The notes beneath the pieces were generated by a model, which saw only the letters and a program-made list of their open reading frames with translations, did no database searches and was not told where the DNA came from. Made by a program: the position numbers and the translations under genes. A stretch of DNA of 54,763 nucleotides from the IMG/VR virus record IMGVR_UViG_3300047284_000338, positions 1-54,763 of that record; one strand, written 5' to 3'. Source of the stretch: a virus (Duplodnaviria; Caudoviricetes). Shown one piece after another: positions 53,745-54,763 of the stretch (position 1 is the first letter of the stretch; every line of letters starts with the position of its first letter).

Positions 53745-54016
53745 AGACCCGCGCCTTTCTTGTCTACGCCGACCCTGGCCACGCTTGGGTCAAGGTCGAG
53801 AAAGCCTTCCTGGAGCGCCTCCTTGGCACTCACTGGCGCAAGCAGTTCACCTGCTTCTCGTACGAGCGTGGTGACCACGTCTACCTGGAAGAAGACGAGG
53901 ACGCCGCAAGCCTGGTCAAGGCTTGCAGTGCTGCCGGCATTGAGCCGGCGTGGCGCTTGCACCACTCCAACCGCATCAGCAGGATTCGTTCCTACGCCCC
54001 TTTATCCCCTATCTGA
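53741..54016 (+). CDS. Hypothetical phage protein
   Basis: DPGHAWVKV...SY...VYLEED motif; ATGA overlap. Confidence 0.65.
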   Translation: MKTRAFLVYADPGHAWVKVEKAFLERLLGTHWRKQFTCFSYERGDHVYLEEDEDAASLVKACSAAGIEPAWRLHHSNRISRIRSYAPLSPI

Positions 54017-54018
54017 TC

Positions 54019-54348
54019 ATGATCACCAAAGCCGACCAATTCCCCGCCACCGTCACCATTCAACGCAAGGGCGACGACGTGCTCGTGCCCAGCCGCCTGG
54101 TGCGAACCGTGACCCTGCCTGATGGCACCACACAGAAGCTGCTGCGCAATGGCGCCGTCGGCCGCTTCACCCGCAACGGTGACGGCAGTACCGTCTTGAA
54201 GCTGCGCTGGCGCAGCAAGTGGTGGCCCGTGCCCGCCATGGCAGAGATCGAGCGCTGGACCTTTGACAGCGTGTGCGAGACGCCCAATGGTGACACCGTT
54301 GAGCACGACGCAGACGACTCCTGGCTGCGCCTGCTGGGGCTGGTTTGA
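54019..54348 (+). CDS. Hypothetical protein
   Basis: DSVCETPNGDTVEHDADDSWLRLLGLV. Confidence 0.6.
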   Translation: MITKADQFPATVTIQRKGDDVLVPSRLVRTVTLPDGTTQKLLRNGAVGRFTRNGDGSTVLKLRWRSKWWPVPAMAEIERWTFDSVCETPNGDTVEHDADDSWLRLLGLV

Positions 54349-54353
54349 TTGCC

Positions 54354-54533
54354 ATGAACGACACCCACCTCACCGAAGACCAGCGCATGCAGATCGTGGC
54401 CGCTCTCGTGGCGGCCATGGTCAAGCGTGGGGAGATCTTCGAAGACCAGATGATCGAGGCTCGCAACGATCTGATGGCCGCCAGCGATGACGAGCTGCGC
54501 GAAGCATGCGAAGAGATGGGCCTCGAGGCCTGA
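54354..54533 (+). CDS. Small acidic hypothetical protein
   Basis: Last ORF of the small-gene block. Confidence 0.5.
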   Translation: MNDTHLTEDQRMQIVAALVAAMVKRGEIFEDQMIEARNDLMAASDDELREACEEMGLEA

Positions 54534-54548
54534 GGTCTTGCGGCCGAC

Positions 54549-54695
54549 CGGTTTTTCTCACGCTCAAGGGACCGGCGCCATGCCGGTTTTCTTGTGCCTA
54601 GGGACCTGGGGCAGGTCGGTTTTTGGGACCCCAAGGGACTTGGGGGCTGCGGGTTTTATAGGGGCTTTTGCATACATGCCGACGCCGGTTTTATA
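54549..54695 (+). repeat. Degenerate ~34-bp tandem repeat
   Basis: GGTTTT at 54550, 54585, 54618, 54652, 54687; AGGGAC at 54567, 54600, 54634. Confidence 0.65.
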
Positions 54696-54726
54696 GCGCT
54701 GCATGTAACACGCAGATTTTGCTATT

Positions 54727-54763
54727 AGTACATTTGTACTATAATACATTTGTACTATAGTAC
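54727..54763. promoter_or_regulatory. Tandem cyanobacterial-type LexA boxes overlapping a TATAAT
   Basis: AGTAC-ATTT-GTACT (54727-54740), AATAC-ATTT-GTACT (54743-54756), third AGTAC half-site at 54759; TATAAT at 54740-54745. Confidence 0.7.

Noticed and set aside
52610-54000. 14-bp repeat CGTTCCTACGCCCC (encoding RSYAP) in two small genes
   Set aside because: Only two copies in unrelated contexts; could be chance or an old recombination scar
54549-54763. CRISPR array
   Set aside because: Repeats are short and degenerate, with no repeat-spacer structure and no cas genes

Overview
The window looks like an essentially complete (possibly circularly permuted) ~54.8 kb genome of a temperate, lambda-like siphovirus. 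The host is most likely a picocyanobacterium (Synechococcus/Cyanobium-like). This is inferred from cyanobacterial-type LexA boxes, HLR1/RpaB-like direct repeats, class II RNR plus ThyX, and cyanophage-style small ORFs. Gene order: terminase, portal, protease/capsid fusion, neck and fibres, tail (tube, frameshifted chaperones, tape measure, M/L/K/I/J), tail fibre, radical SAM/SPASM-2OG oxygenase module, lysis, nucleotide metabolism (dcd, thyX, nrdJ), integrase with attP (3' half of tRNA-Thr(UGU)), leftward early genes (dNMP kinase, SSB, RecE/RecT-like), helicase/VRR-NUC/primase with a putative ori, and small early genes. The best candidate for an undescribed system is a tail fibre ending in an Asn-Cys-rich tail (...NCNCDCNC) followed by a radical SAM/SPASM enzyme fused to a prolyl-4-hydroxylase-like domain, suggesting RiPP-like maturation of a virion protein. 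Other notable items are a Hint domain at the N-terminus of gpJ, a circularly permuted M23 peptidase in the tape measure, a possible DGGxF/Mtd_N daisy-chain of neck fibres, a glycosidase-like beta-propeller after the capsid gene, and host-regulator-like promoter motifs. All calls come from motif recognition by eye; no database searches were run.
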